The notes below the pieces were generated by a model. The model saw only the letters and a program-made list of their open reading frames with translations, searched no databases and was not told where the DNA came from. A stretch of DNA of 64,000 nt, from the NCBI GenBank assembly GCA_965112155.1, contig OZ218107.1, one strand, 5' to 3'. Of the stretch, positions 1 to 13,572 are shown piece by piece; within the stretch, counting starts at the first letter, position 1; the number at the start of each line of letters is the position of its first letter. A program made the translations under genes and the position numbers. This DNA comes from Podarcis liolepis. Its lineage: Eukaryota.

Positions 1-673
1 GGAACATGTTTCTCTCCAGATATTGTGCAGGCCACCCTGGCTAGTGGAAGTTATGTATCCATCAACACCTGAAGGGCCACAGGTTAATTGTTTCTGATTT
101 ACACCAAAATCTACCTTTACAAGGCCTAAGAACAAGTTGAGGGAAAGACAAAGGTCCGATATAAAGCAAATCAAATGTCTGACATTTTTTTCTTAAAGAA
201 AGGAGAGGATTCCTACTTTCACATCAGCTCATTTTATTAGTATCGCCAAGGCAGACATGAGAATTAATTTCCCAAGAAACCAGAAAGCATGATGTTAAAC
301 CAAGATTCTTTGATTGCATCCACAGTACAGTGGCAAGGAATGCAGCTAATAATGGATGCATATAATAATGGATGCAATCAGCAACACTGAGAATAAATGG
401 ATTAATATAGTCCTGAGATGTAAGGCACATAAATAAGGTTTTAATCATCATTCACATATACTGCACAAACATGACAAGATCCAGAGGCAGATCCAAACAT
501 TTAATTTTTAACAATATTTCAAATGTGACATTTCTTTTGTTTATTGTTGCGCTGGCTAAGTTACTGCAATGTATCTTTTACACATTATTATCTTACTCAG
601 TCTTGCCTTTGCCCATTTGCTAATAGCTGTTCTTGAAGGCCAGTTAGTAGCCTTTCCCAAGAAACCTCAAGAG

Positions 674-802
674 AAGGCATAGGCAAACTTGGCCCTCCGG
701 ATGTTTTGGAACTACAACTCCCATCACCCCAGCTAACAGTGGTCAGGGATGATGGGAATCGTAGTCCCAAAACATCTGGAGGGCTGAGTTTGCCTATGCC
801 TG
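674..802. mobile_element. hAT MITE (URR1-like), palindromic
   Basis: TIR aggcataggcaaact/agtttgcctatgcct; perfect 8-bp TSD ctcaagag (666-673, 803-810). Confidence 0.85.
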
Positions 803-1714
803 CTCAAGAGACTAAGCTGCCTGTTTCCACAAGGAAAGGACAAATAGACTAGAGGTGATGAGTTATGTGGGATAGGTTCAATCTCTGGCATCCCCAGTTA
901 GAAAGAAAGGCATTAGGTAGTATGCCTAAGAAAGACTTCTGCCTGGAGAGCAGCTGCAAGTCAGTGTAGACAATATTGGGTTGGGTGGACTCATATGAAG
1001 TTGCTTTGCATCATCACTGATCAGGCTTGAGCACCTTTATTCTTGAATATTTGTAGCCCACTAGAGCACAATTTTGCAGCCTCTCTAATTACTGAGGCAT
1101 GCCAGAGCCGCCTTGAAAAATGCAATGCTGTATTTGATGTTAAAGCAGCTAGGCTTCCCATTATTTCAATGGATTTAAAAGGCCAATGGTCCCAACGTGG
1201 AAAAAGAACACTGTTTTGACAAACATGAAACATTTGCTTTTGACTTCTATAGCCCTGTCTGTACAAGAAACACTGCCTGGATATTTATTACAAATGCCAC
1301 AAAAATGGATGATCCTAAAGCAGAGAGAGGGGGGGAAATATTTAAACTTAGCAGTGTACATAATCGCGGAGATTGACGCAATCATGAATCACATTCAGTT
1401 ATGCCCTGTGTTGAACTAGAGTTGGAAAATTGGTACTATTGGTTTCAGTATGCTGTGCCTGAATGTAGAAAATGGTACTTTATGCTGAATTACAAGCTTT
1501 GAGCCAGCATGTATATACATGCATGTATATGGTTTTGCTTGAGCATATAGCCCTTCTAAGACAGCTGGGGCAAGTACAAAGCTATGTTCAGCACGAGACC
1601 AAGGACAGTATGTGCATGTCCGAGGTCCCTTGCACTCTGCGCCATGGCTTAAGGATCTGACTTTGGCCCCATCTGCACTACACATTTAAAACAGTACCAT
1701 ACCACTTTTAAACA

Positions 1715-1715
<1 letters not shown>

Positions 1716-1746
<31 letters not shown>

Positions 1747-2160
1747 GTCGTTTAGTCATGTCCGACTCTTTGTGACCCCATGGACCAGAGCACACCAGGC
1801 CCTCCTGTCTTCCACTGCCTCCCACAGTTTGGTTAAACTCATGCTGGTAGCTTCAAGAACACTGTCCAACCATCTCGTCCTCTGTCATCCCTTTCTCCTT
1901 GTGCCTTCCATCTTTCCCAACATCAGGGTCTTTTCCAGGGAGTCTTCTCTTCTCATGGGGTGGCCAGAGTATTGGAGCCTCAGCTTCACGACCTGTGCTT
2001 CCAGTGAACACTCAGGGCTGATTTCCTTAAGAATGGCTAGGTTTGATCTTCTTGCAGTCCATGGGACTCTCAAGAGTCTCCTCCAGCACCATAATTCAAA
2101 AGCATCAATTCTTTGGCGATCAGCCTTCTTTATGGTCCAGCTCTTACTTCCATACATCAC
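1716..2160 (-). mobile_element. Bov-B (RTE) LINE, 5'-truncated 3' fragment
   Basis: Encodes MYGSKSWTIKKADRQRIDAFELWCWRRLLRVPWTARRSN...; (CAA)n tail. Confidence 0.92.
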
Positions 2161-2539
2161 AGCCATAGCTTCCCCCAAAAGGCAGCATAAACAAGTTATC
2201 TACTAACCATATGCCTCCAAAAGCAGATCAGTTGGACCCCACTATTTCATGGTTGATTTCCAAAGCAAGGTGCTGTCATTATCAGCAAATATTTAATACT
2301 GTTCTCAAGCATTCTTGTGGTCTGAAGGGATTCAGCGTAATATATCTTCACAGGGTCATACCCTGGTTGGTTCCTATTTCCCTGTAATACTCTTTAATCC
2401 TTTATAATATCGCCCCTGACTTCAGTGTCCCTCAACCTTACAGGAGTCACAATAAGAGTCGCTTACTGTATTTCTAGCTTATTTATAGATCACTTGAGAA
2501 GCGTTTCTTTTTAATGGTAACAAGAAAAACATGCCTTCT

Positions 2540-3720
2540 CACATAATTGTTATTTAAGCTGCCTGCTGAATCTATCCCGACCAAATTAGAGGCTTTTATG
2601 AATCTGATAGCTGGTGAGTCATCATGAAATAGGCGCAAACTGCACAAATCCCTTTTCGAGCTAGGCCTTCACTCACTAGGTGACATTTTAATGAGAACAT
2701 TCACCCTCACAGAAACTCGGTGAATGCATGCAAAGGGAACCCACTCAAAATAGCGCTGCGTGAGGAAAACACCTATAGAAGAAACATGGTGGGGGTGCAA
2801 GAACTCAATGCTTCTCTGCTATTGTCATAACAACCTTAACGCTTTCCCTTGCCAAAAAACATACTGGAATAAATGCCTTAGAGCCGAGTGCTCATATTGC
2901 TATACACAAATGAAGCGGGGTGGGGTGGGAAATCAAATTAATTCCCATTACCACCTCCACCCATCCCCGCTGGTCTTTGCAGAGGTATAAATTGCCATTT
3001 AAGAAACCAATACGGTGTTTAAAAGTGCCCGCAAATATATTGTTATTTCACCACAGCTGCAGCAGCGGAGGTTGTCTTTGTGGTTATTGAATATTCTGCA
3101 GAGTTTAAGTTAAAATATGCTTGATACGATGTGTCACTGGCTGATAAGCACTCTGACATTTCTATATCCCCACGCAACGGGTCTTTTAAATCATTTGTGT
3201 TTGAAAGGCCTGAGCGGTTTCAGCACTGAGAGGGTTTAGCCTAGAGATGCGGACACAGATTCACATGTCAGTTCAGCATCTAAGGCTTCGGGTTTCTTTT
3301 TCCCTTGTTCTTTCCTCAGTACATGCTGTCCGGGCTACATCTCCCCAAGGCTTTCACAATTATTAGTTAAAATGAAGCGGGGGTGGGGGAGGGAGAGCTT
3401 TTTCTGTTCTACATTCCTTCAACCCAGTTAGCGACCATCTTCTGGGGATTACTCATGAAAAATAGCTTAAGAATCAATTTAGCGCGTAAAATCTCGTTTC
3501 GGCCTTCTGTGTTATTTTTAATCCAATTAACATCTGAACTTGCAAAAACAAAGGCTACCTTGCTACAGAGGAGGAGGAGGAGGAGATGACTTGCCATAAA
3601 TCATACTGGAGAGCAGAAATTAGCATCCTGAGTCTTGTTCCATTTTTTTTTTAAATCATTTTTCTGCGCAGGCTTGTCAGAAAGCTCAAGATAAGATGGG
3701 GAGAAGCAGTGTCCTAAAAT
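2540..3720. promoter_or_regulatory. Repeat-free block, candidate conserved enhancer-like element
   Basis: No TE similarity recognised; retained CpGs; AP-1 TGAGTCA near 2615, two GC-box-like gcggggtgggg-type motifs, GATA and TAAT motifs. Function is inferred only. Confidence 0.35.
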
Positions 3721-3816
3721 CGTTGCTCCTCCTTTTCTTCTTTTCATTTGTTTTGATGATCCCAGAGTATCAGTCCAGCTGCTGCAATGCTTTACAATAT
3801 GTCACAGGCACAACCT

Positions 3817-4038
3817 TGGTTTACAGATGCTTCAGGTTATAGATGCTTCAGGTTACAGACTCCGCTAACCCAGAAATAGTACCTCAGGTTAAGAACTTTA
3901 CTTCAGGATGAGAACAGAAATTGTACGGCAGTGGCAGCAGGAGGCCCCATTAGCTAAAGTGGTCTTCAGGTTAAGGACAGTTTCAGGTTAAGAACGGACC
4001 TCCAGAACGAATTAAGTACTTAACCCGAGGTACCACTG
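3817..4038. mobile_element. Tigger-like (Tc1/mariner) MITE, left end degraded
   Basis: Same family as 7152, 26416, 29805 and 38485; ends gaggtaccactg-TA. Confidence 0.8.
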
Positions 4039-4040
4039 TA

Positions 4041-4280
4041 AACCACTTCTGGCACAATGGAACACTGACGGAAACCAGAGGGCATGTAAACGCCGTTTAC
4101 CTTCCCACCACAGCGGTACCTATTTATCTGCTTGCACTGGTGTGCTTTCAAACTGCTAGGTTGGCAGGAGCTGGAACACAGCAAAGGGAGCTCACCCCAT
4201 CGCGGGGATTCGAACCACCAACCTTCTGATTGGCAAGCCCAAGCGGCTCAGTGGTTTAGACCACAGCACACCCACGTCCC
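4041..4280 (-). mobile_element. Sauria SINE, partial (5' half)
   Basis: tRNA-like head with B box ggttcgaatcc on the minus strand; abuts the MITE at a TA. Confidence 0.8.
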
Positions 4281-4914
4281 TACAAAAAGACACCAAGCAG
4301 TGAAAAGAGAGCAGCTTGATTTCAAGCTCTGTGTCACAATATGGCAGGACACCCTGATCACCAGGTTGGAATTCTAAAAGCGGCATCTGTGTTGAAGAGC
4401 CTTCTGTATCATCTTCCTGACATTGTAGCCTGCTGTTTCTTCTGAATGCTTTTGCAAGTTTTCTGTCTTTTAAACAGACTCTGCCTATTATTCATATTAG
4501 GTAGGCCTTCAGATTTTGGTTGTGAAGCCTTTCTTTGTGTTTGGCACACAATGTGCTCCCAGTACATGCACTGTACTGAGTACTTCAGGTGCAAATGAAA
4601 TGCTAATGTATTATCAAGGTTCATCATGGGGTGGAGTGGGGGCTAGACCTTGTCTTCACTTTCGTAAATACACCTATTTTTAAACAGCGCTGTAAGCAGC
4701 AGGCTTACCTCATCCCTGTTGCTTCCTGATTTCTAATTGCTACTCATGCTGTTCATTATACTTCTCAGGCTTCACTCTGACATACTTAACACTATGTCCA
4801 ATCCAACCCACCCAGACAGGCAAAGAAGATGCTCAGCAACTCACTAGACAAAGAGCTACCCCAAAGAGTTGTTGGACCAGCCTTTAGAGAGAGCCTACTG
4901 ACTTGACTTCTTCC

Positions 4915-4994
4915 TTAATGTATTTATAATCTTTGTTGGAAGCCGCCCAGAGTGGCTGGGGAGACCCAGCCAGATGGGTGGGGTACAAGTAACA

Positions 4995-5039
<45 letters not shown>
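4915..5039 (+). mobile_element. L2-type LINE 3' tail with (ATT)n
   Basis: gttggaagccgcccagagtggctgggga...ccagatgggtggggta plus microsatellite; a second copy is at 6860-7010. Confidence 0.7.
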
Positions 5040-5040
<1 letters not shown>

Positions 5041-5120
5041 CTGGAACTGCTGAAGACCAAGATACAGAGGTGTCTGCAGAAATAATTCCGGAGGGATAGG
5101 CAACGTCTATGACTTGCTGC

Positions 5121-5539
5121 CCAGTAGTGATGTATGGAAGTGAGAGCTGGACCATAAAGAAGGCTGATTGCCAGAGAATTGATGCTTTTGAATTATGGTG
5201 CTTGAGAGTCCCATGGATTGCAAGAAGATCAAACCTATCCATTCTTAAGGAAATCAGCCCTGAGTGCTCACTGGAAGGACAGATCGTGAAGCTGAGGCTC
5301 CAGTACTTTGGCCACCTCATGAGAAGAGAAGACTCCCTGGAAAAGACCCTGATGTTGGGAAAGATGGAGGGCACAAGGAGAAGGGGACGACAGAGGACGA
5401 GATGGTTGGATAGTGTTCTCGAAGCTACCAGCATGAGTTTGACCAAACTGCGGGAGGCCGTGGAAGACAGAAGTGCCTGGCGTGCTCTAGTCCATGGGGT
5501 CACGAAGAGTCGGACATGACTAAATGACTAAACAACAAC
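5121..5539 (+). mobile_element. Bov-B (RTE) LINE, 5'-truncated 3' fragment
   Basis: ORF 5109..5519 is the Bov-B C-terminus; 12-bp TSD atgacttgctgc (5109-5120, 5540-5551); (CAA)n tail. Confidence 0.93.
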
Positions 5540-6859
5540 ATGACTTGCTGCTACAGGTTGTTGATTATTTGCAGTCTTCTTATGACTGAATCCCACTTCC
5601 CATTACATGGTTCTGAAGCGAAGCAGTGAGAACCAATGGTGAGCTGTGCCTATTGGTGATATACTATATTGTATGGGATTTTACATTTCAGATTTAATTG
5701 ATAACAAAGCTCTTCACTTGTCCATTTAACAGAATAAGACACTTTGAAATACAGCTTCAGTTTGTCCACTGAACAACTATACTATAGGCCTCTAAACCAA
5801 ATGTGAAAACTTTTAAAGGCTGGATTTCACATATTTTACCCAAAATCTGCTTTGGTTGTAGTGAATGCCAGACATAAAGGCTAAAACCAGTCAGACCTTT
5901 TGGTTAATGCTTGTCTGTCCATAACCTAAAGAAAAATAGAATCGTTATTTAAACTGGAGTTTTGAGGTCTTGGCCAAACCAGACGATAACCTTTTTTTCA
6001 GTTTCTTCTTGGGACAGGTCTTCAACTTTTCTCTATGGACACTCTGCAAATGTAAGTCACACAACTGATCTTCACTCATTGTCAAACAGCCATGTCTTCA
6101 CCCTGCACAAAGTGCTAAAGGATCATTCCATTGTGCATGTTGTAACTGGGAGGGCAAGTGATACAAGGATAGCCGTACCCCCCTTCTCTGATGAAAATAG
6201 GCATGTCCTACCATAGGGAAAAAGCAAGATATTCTGGGATCAAATCAGAAACCAGGATGGCTTCTGTAAATCCGGGACTGTCCCTGGCAAATACATGGAG
6301 GGTCCAAGTTTGATGTGGTCTTATAGTTCAGAAAACCCCATGTTGCATATGTCACACTGTGATGGATGTATTTCTTTGGTATGTCTCTCATGAATACACA
6401 GTAATTGTCACTTTCAGCTGCACCTTTGTGCAAAACTGAAGATATTTCATCACAGTGACACCTCATTGCTCATTGCTTTGGTTCCACGTTGCATGTACCA
6501 TACTTGACATATTAATCTTCCATCACTTTCCCTAGTCTGCTTCTGTACCCAATTAACACTGTTCATTTAAAACTAAACAGAAAAACATTATCAGAAGGGA
6601 CCTACACACATAACCCCGAATCATGAGTGAAATTGGACACTAATGCTAGAGCTACAATGCTATATTGGACACATACTTTGTCCCATTGACCTCAGAAGAA
6701 TTCACTTTTTTAAAAAATGCTTAGGCCAGGACTGTCAATGTGGAAACTCCAGAAGGAAACATTGCAACTGTTCAAATACTGAGCTTTATTTTGATTATGA
6801 AATACAAACTAAAGTTCTAAGGAGCCTGATGAGATGAAATCCAGGCTGCCTGTTTTGGT

Positions 6860-6962
6860 ATTAATTCATATTTAATATTTAATGCTGTACTGTTTTTAAC
6901 ATTTGATTGGAAGCCACCTAGAGTGGCTGGGGAAACTCAGCCAGATGGGTGGGGTATTAAAA

Positions 6963-7010
<48 letters not shown>
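6860..7010 (+). mobile_element. L2-type LINE 3' tail with (AAAT)n
   Basis: Same terminal stem motif as 4915-5039. Confidence 0.7.
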
Positions 7011-7011
<1 letters not shown>

Positions 7012-7151
7012 AACATGCAGGTCTTTAGATAGTGTGAGTGAACAAATAAGCAGTTCAATCACATTGTGTTTCAGTGGGGCTTACTCTCTACTGAATATGT
7101 CTAGAATTGTTGCCAAATAATGCCAAGCAGAATTTTAAAAATGCCTCTACA

Positions 7152-7377
7152 CAGTGGTACCTCAGATTAAGTACTTAATTCATTTCGGAGGTCCGTACTT
7201 AACCTGAAACTATTCTTAACCTGAAGCACCACTTTAGCTAATGGGGCCTCCCGCTGCCGCTGCGCCACCGCCACACGATTTCTGTTCTCATCCTGAAGCA
7301 AAGTACTTAACCTGAGGTAATATTTCTGGGTTAGCAGAGTCTGTAACCTGAAGTGTATGTAACCTGAGGTACCACTG
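7152..7377. mobile_element. Tigger-like MITE
   Basis: TIR cagtggtacctc/gaggtaccactg; TA on the right flank. Confidence 0.88.
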
Positions 7378-7620
7378 TAATGACTTGCATTCTCTGATGA
7401 CATAGAGCATGATATTAGGCATTTATAATAGGCCAAGAATATTTTATATTGAAAGCATCGAGCTAGATACGGCATGGATGACCCTTGGAGTCCCTTCCAA
7501 CTCTAGAATTCTAATATGTTTGAAAATTGCCTCTTAGGTAGAAGTTGTACCACTAAAGTTTATATCAAATTCCTCTTTAATAAACATTGATGCAGAGATG
7601 AAAGATCATTCACATTAGTA

Positions 7621-8119
7621 CTGTGGTACCTTGGTTCTCAAATGCCTTGGAACTCAAAATGCCTTGGTTCTCAAACACCAAAAACCTGGAAGTAAGTGTT
7701 CCGGTTTTCAAACGTTTTCCGGAAGCCAAACATACAATGTGGCTGTCAGCTATTGTTTCCGGGGTGCCTGCACCAATCAGAAGCTTCGCCTTGGTTTTTG
7801 AACATTTCGGAAGTCAAACGTACTCCCGGAACAGATTAAGTTTGGCACTTTTGTTTTTGCTATTTATTTTGCCTTTCTGTTTTTGAGGCTTTTTCGGTTA
7901 ATTTGTTTTTGTGACTGTGTGGAAGCCAGTTCAGCTACTGATTGATCAATAGTGTGACTGCGGAAATGAATAAAAGCCCACCATCGAAACAATGACTATC
8001 ATCAGTGCAGGTAAGGGGAAAAAAAATAATGTTGGTTTTGGAACGCCTTGGTTTTGGAATGCTTTGGTTTTGGAACGGACTTCCAGAACGGATTAAGTTT
8101 GAGAACCAAGGTACCACTG
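7621..8119. mobile_element. Tigger-like non-autonomous DNA transposon (second family)
   Basis: TIR c[t]gtggtaccttggttctcaaa/tttgagaaccaaggtaccactg; TA TSD. Confidence 0.85.
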
Positions 8120-8924
8120 TATAAGAATTATAGTATGGTACTTAAGCTATTTCAGGAATGATAAGTTTTAAGAGCTCCCTAAGGTTAAAGACAGCATCTT
8201 CTGTGCAAGCCGTGTTGCTATGGAGACATCGCTTAGCACTTGCCTCACTAAATACTATATTATGGTACTATCTCCTCCCCGCCACCCGCTTAAATCTGTT
8301 GCACTTTGTGAAATTGTTGCAGACAAATGGCAATGAGACCCAAAGATGTTCAGTATTCTCCTAGAACTATTTCCCAGGGACAAAGATAAAGAGTGAATGT
8401 GCAAGTCTGACATACACTTGGTGCAATGAAAGATTCTGTTGCCACTCTTAGAACAGTGCACAGTTCAATGAACTAGTACTGTAAATTATATGCACCAGTG
8501 TGGGCCCTTCCAGACATCTTTTTTTTTATTGTGCATGCAAGATGATTTGTGCTCATGTTGCATTCAGGGTGGTCAGACACAATCCTGCTTTCAATCCTAT
8601 TCGTGCCTGCAAAAAATAAAAAAAAGGGACAGGCATACAGCTTCACTTCCAATCAGCGCATATCCTGTAACCTTCTGCTTTCATACCCAAATGTTCGGTG
8701 GTGGGGTTTTGTGTATGTGTCACACATATATTGTGCTAGCAGTGATGTGGTAGCATTGGGGAAGCATTGCAGAATGATTAATAAAGTGGGGGGGGGGGCG
8801 AATCCACCAGTAAGGCACTATTCATTGTGTTGATAATATGTTGCAGAATACACCCCCAATAACACACCAGTCTGGAAGAGGTCTTTGTTTCTCTCTATAG
8901 AGCTGTATATTTGTGGTGGCTATA

Positions 8925-9281
8925 AAAAGTAAAGGTAAAGGGATCCCTGACGATTAGGTCCAGTCGTGACCGACTCTGGGGTTGCGGCGCTCATCTCGCT
9001 TTATTGGCCGAGGGAGCCGGCTTACAGCTTCCGGGTCATGTGGCCAGCATGACTAAGCCGCTTCTGGCGAACCAGAGCAGCACACGGAAACGCCGTTTAC
9101 CTTCCCGCCGGAGCGGTACCTATTTATCTACTTGCACTTTGACGTGCTTTTGAACTGCTAGGTTGGCAGGAACAGGGACCGAGCAACAGGAGCTCACCCC
9201 GTCACGGGGATTCGAACCGCCGACCTTCTGATCGGCAAGTCCTAGGCTCTGTGGTTTAACCCACAGCGCCACCCACGTCCC
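8925..9281 (-). mobile_element. Sauria SINE, full length
   Basis: tRNA-like head, (ACCTTT)n tail, TSD tggtggctata. Confidence 0.92.
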
Positions 9282-9731
9282 CACTGGTGGCTATACAATA
9301 CCTTTAAAGCCCATTCAAAACAAATCCCCACTCCCTGCCCAAGAATCCAGAGCACTACAGGTTGTTAAGAGTGCTGGGAACTTTAAGTCTTTGAGGGATA
9401 AACTACAATGCCCAGAATTCTTTGAGGGGGGGGGAAATGAGCTTTGAATGTGCTTCAAATGTGTGTGTGTGTGTGTGTGTCATTTTAAAAATGAACAGCA
9501 TAGCTGATCCAAATAGACCACACATAGCTAAGCAGCAAGTTTATTAGACATGTTTACAAGTGGTTCTCTGATGATATGCAACATGGCCACCCAGTCATTA
9601 GATCAAGGAACATGTAGTGTGACATTTGGCTGCAATGTACATCCCTGCTCCCAAAATGAAATTTCCACCACCTGAGAATCTCAGGAGCTGAGGGAAGTGG
9701 AGCTCAAAGCTAAGCAGTCTGAAGGCTGTAG

Positions 9732-10082
9732 CAGACCCTCCAAGTGTCCCCATTTTCCAGGGACGTCTCTGATTTAGAGAAGCCGCCCCGGTTTCTGATT
9801 TGATCCCAAAATGTCCCGCTTTTCCTTAGGATGCCCCTATTTCATTGGAGAAATGTTGGAGGGTATGGAGTTATCTGAACCCCAAGCCATCTGAAGGCAA
9901 TCCTGTACAGGGAAGGCTTTTTAAAAAATGTTGAATGTTTTACTATGTTTTTATATATTGTATGTTGGAAGCTGCCCAGAGTGCCTGAGGCAACCTAGTA
10001 AGATATGTGGGGTGTAGATGGTAAAATTATCATTATGGAATGGGACGTTCCTATTTCCATTGGAGAAATGTTGAAGGGTATG
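9732..10082. mobile_element. Non-autonomous DNA transposon (probably hAT group) with duplicated right end; related copy at ~6173-6303
   Basis: ca[g]accctcca...tggagggtatg inverted termini; the right terminus occurs twice. Confidence 0.55.
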
Positions 10083-10568
10083 TCCTAAAATGGGCAGCAT
10101 CCAAGTCTGTCACTCATTCAGCCATTTGGCAGGGAAGTCATGTGCTATATGTTATGTGCTATATAGAACAGTAAGACAATCATGAGCTCTTCCTAGAGGC
10201 TTATGCTTTAAAGGCACAGTATTATAGGAGAAAGGAGGGAAGGAAGGAAGCAGAGCCTGAATCAGGGAAAGCCTGAGAGGAAGTAGTCCTCAAGACATTT
10301 TTTTGAAACTAACCGAGGAAGCTAGAGCTCAGGTCAATGCAGATTCCAAAAGTATTGCTGTTAGCTGTTGGCTGACTGCCCCCTTTGTTAGGCTAATAGT
10401 TCAAAATGGTCACTGAGATGGACTCATGGCAGAAACAGTTCCTTGGGTGGGGTACAGCTGTTGCTCTGTCTCCCCGGTTGGTGGGTTGCTGTTACTTACT
10501 GGGAGGGAGAGTGGCAAGGCAGCAAAGAACTTGATGTGGTGCAAATGCACAGGCAGAGTCAAACCAGC

Positions 10569-10913
10569 CAAGATTCTCTCAAGGCCAATCTAAAAAAATG
10601 TAGTACAAACACAGACAACTGGGAAACACTGGCCTGCGAGTGCTCCAATGGGAGAACAGCCTTTACCAAAGGCGTCATGGGTTTTGAAGATGCTCAAACT
10701 CAGGAAGAAAGAGAGAAACATGCTAAGAGGAAGGCACGCTTGGCAAACCCTCACTGTGATCAACTCCTGCCCGGAAACCTGTGTCCCTACTGTGGAAGGA
10801 CGTGTGGATCTAGAATTGGCCTCCACAGCCACTTACGGACCCACTGTTAAAACTCTGTTTATGGAAGACAATCTTACTTGGCTACGAGTGATTGCCAAAC
10901 AAGAAGAAAGAAG
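10569..10913 (+). mobile_element. RTE-clade LINE (non-Bov-B family), 3' fragment
   Basis: C-terminal C2H2 CPYCGRTCGSRIGLHSHLRTH and (GAA)n tail; homologous to 18701-19372. Confidence 0.85.
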
Positions 10914-13572
10914 CCCTTGCACTGCATTGAGTTCCCCATAATCTTCCCCTTCCCCAGAAGCAATTGTGATCCACCTGCTGGGAAGGTCTACCCACCTGGC
11001 GAGCTGAGATCACCACCAGAGCTTGGAAAATGTGACAATCCGACAGCTGTGGTGGAGGAGGCAGATATAAGTAGGGGCGCTGCTAAGGCTAGGTCATGGA
11101 GACTCTGGGGACTCCTAAACAGCAGCCTGAAGTTCCCGTAACTCACTTTCTTTTTATCATAACATTTAGAGTGGGCGTATTGGTGCAAATGGAGAAAAGC
11201 TCCAGATAGTTGGGCCTGCCATCTTTAAAGGGCACTCTCGACTTCCAAGAGTGAAACTGGGAAAGGTAAATCTGAGAAACTACACTAAGAAGGTTAGGAA
11301 AACAGCACAGGAGGTGGGACAGATGACTGAAAGAATTGATGAAAATTGCCTTCCTCTTCTTCAATTCACAGCTTACCATGTAAAGTATTTGTGGCTGGTG
11401 GGGGCGGGGAAGATAGATAATTGAGCTATCAAAGGATGAAGAAAGTAACTTCCATAAATTTCTTTCAACCAAAGAAACATGCATACATTTAAATGTGAAC
11501 TACCAAGGATCTAGTTTCCAAAGCAACAGTTACTAGGTAGTGTAGAAACCCAGTCATTTTTGCCAAGGTTTCACAGTTGCAAAAATCAGCACAAAGGCAG
11601 AAATTCTTTTGCACATGCAATATATGGAGTATATAGCATGCTCAGAGTAAGCCTGTTGACTTCAGTGAGATTATACAATAATAGGTTAGCAATTCTTTTG
11701 CACTTTACTTAATGTAATCCTGAGTTTGGTAGGGTGACAATCTCTAATTTTGCAGCCGAAATAACCAAGCTAACTTTGCAGCAGTGGCTATTAAAATGGG
11801 AAATGTATGTAGCTATTGTACAATATTCTTCAAGTGAACTAAATGGATTTACATATGCTAGATATTCTATTACATGGTGCATGCAGTGATGAGATCAATT
11901 GCCATCAATTCCACATTGCTTTTGCAATGAAACCTGAACTTGGATAATCTAGGTTAATAGCCAGCTTCTTCATTAGTACTCCTGCAGTGGTGGTGAACAT
12001 TTTTAGGTATAGAAGTCCATTACACCTAGTTCCAATAAATATGCCTGAGAAGTGTTTTTGAGTTCTCATGAGTTTTTGAGTTCCCAAACTGCATTGCAAC
12101 AAGTCTGTGGGTGATGGGAAAAGGCTCTTCATCTGGAGGTTCACAACCAAAAGTAGCAAAATAAACTCTGTACATGAATGACAAGAAAGTGAGAACATCA
12201 TGTCACCAGCAATGGATAATTTAAACTCTGTCCCATAGATAATGGAGGGTGAGGAGGACAGCATGATAGCAGAAGTGTCCTGTAATTTACAAAAGTGTTA
12301 CTGCTACGTACACCATTGCATAAAAATGCATATACTGTGTTTGTGGGGAAGTTCAGGTGCTTCTGTAGGTTAGAAATAGGATTCACTAGCAGTCTCATAC
12401 CCAGCATTGATTGGGAATTCTAATAATATCCCCCAATCACCATAGTTTTGATGTCAGTGGTAAAAATCAGTGCAGTTTTGAAAGATTGAGTCCACTATCT
12501 TGATTAAAAATGGCACCCAATAGTATCCAAATGCAGACAGAACTTATTGATCTCAGAAACCATCATGCAAAATATGGTTATAATGTCTTAAGAACTGTCC
12601 AAATACATTATGAACAAACAGCTTTCCAAAATATATAGTAGATTCGTTCATGCGAAGAAAACCTACCAAAGTGGCCAGTCACTTCTCCCGACTTTTCTCA
12701 ATTATTTCCCCTAGATTCCCTCCTTAAACTGAATCTTTCATTCCCTCTTTCTCATTCACGCACACACACAAAAGCAGCAGGAGTTTGAAGTATAAAGGCT
12801 TATTTGAAAACAAAACCCCTAAGTTCAACATCCACATTCCAGGCACAAGCAAAACTTTGAAATGGGTATTTGTGACAACAGAAAACTCAGTGGCCAATAG
12901 GACATAGTTCATTTTTGGTACCCGTCTTTGAAAATGAGACGTAAAAGCTTCATTGCAGGCAGATAGAGGCTCTGTAGGACACTGGCACTGCAATTCTGTC
13001 CAAGATATGTTACATCCAGATTCTTTCTACACTTGGAGGCTCCTAATTCAAGTACTGGCTAGAACCAACCAGGCTTTGCTTATAGTAACTGACATCCTTG
13101 CAGCCTGGAGTTTCTCTGTTGGTCAGAAAATCAGCTCCGGGAACCAAAGCAGCAAGATCAGGAGCCACCCATTGGTACGGCAGACCTGACTACATCTATA
13201 TCACCAAGCTAGACATTTTATTTATTTTGGATGTGCCTACATATCACTTTTCAAGTGGACCTGAAAATATTATGCAAAAGATTTTCTGTAATCATTGCTA
13301 TATTTTCAAGACTCGTTTCAGTTTAAGAGACAGAGATAGGAGAGTTCCGAGTCATGCTAAAAGGCAATGACATTCAATCACTGATAGAGCTAGGCAAAGC
13401 GTTATCTAGAATGAGTGTGCATAATAGAAGTCTGGTTTTTACCCATCAACAGTGATAGGATCAAAGTTACTATGGCCTGATTCTGCACCAATGAAGTCAG
13501 TGGAATTTTCTTCATTTCATTTAACCGAATAAGCAAACAGACATTTTGAAGTTCAACAGGAACAGCTGCTTT

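Noticed and set aside
8925-9281. tRNA-like A/B boxes (ggttcgaatcc) in several places
   Set aside because: These are SINE heads, not tRNA genes; there is no full cloverleaf.
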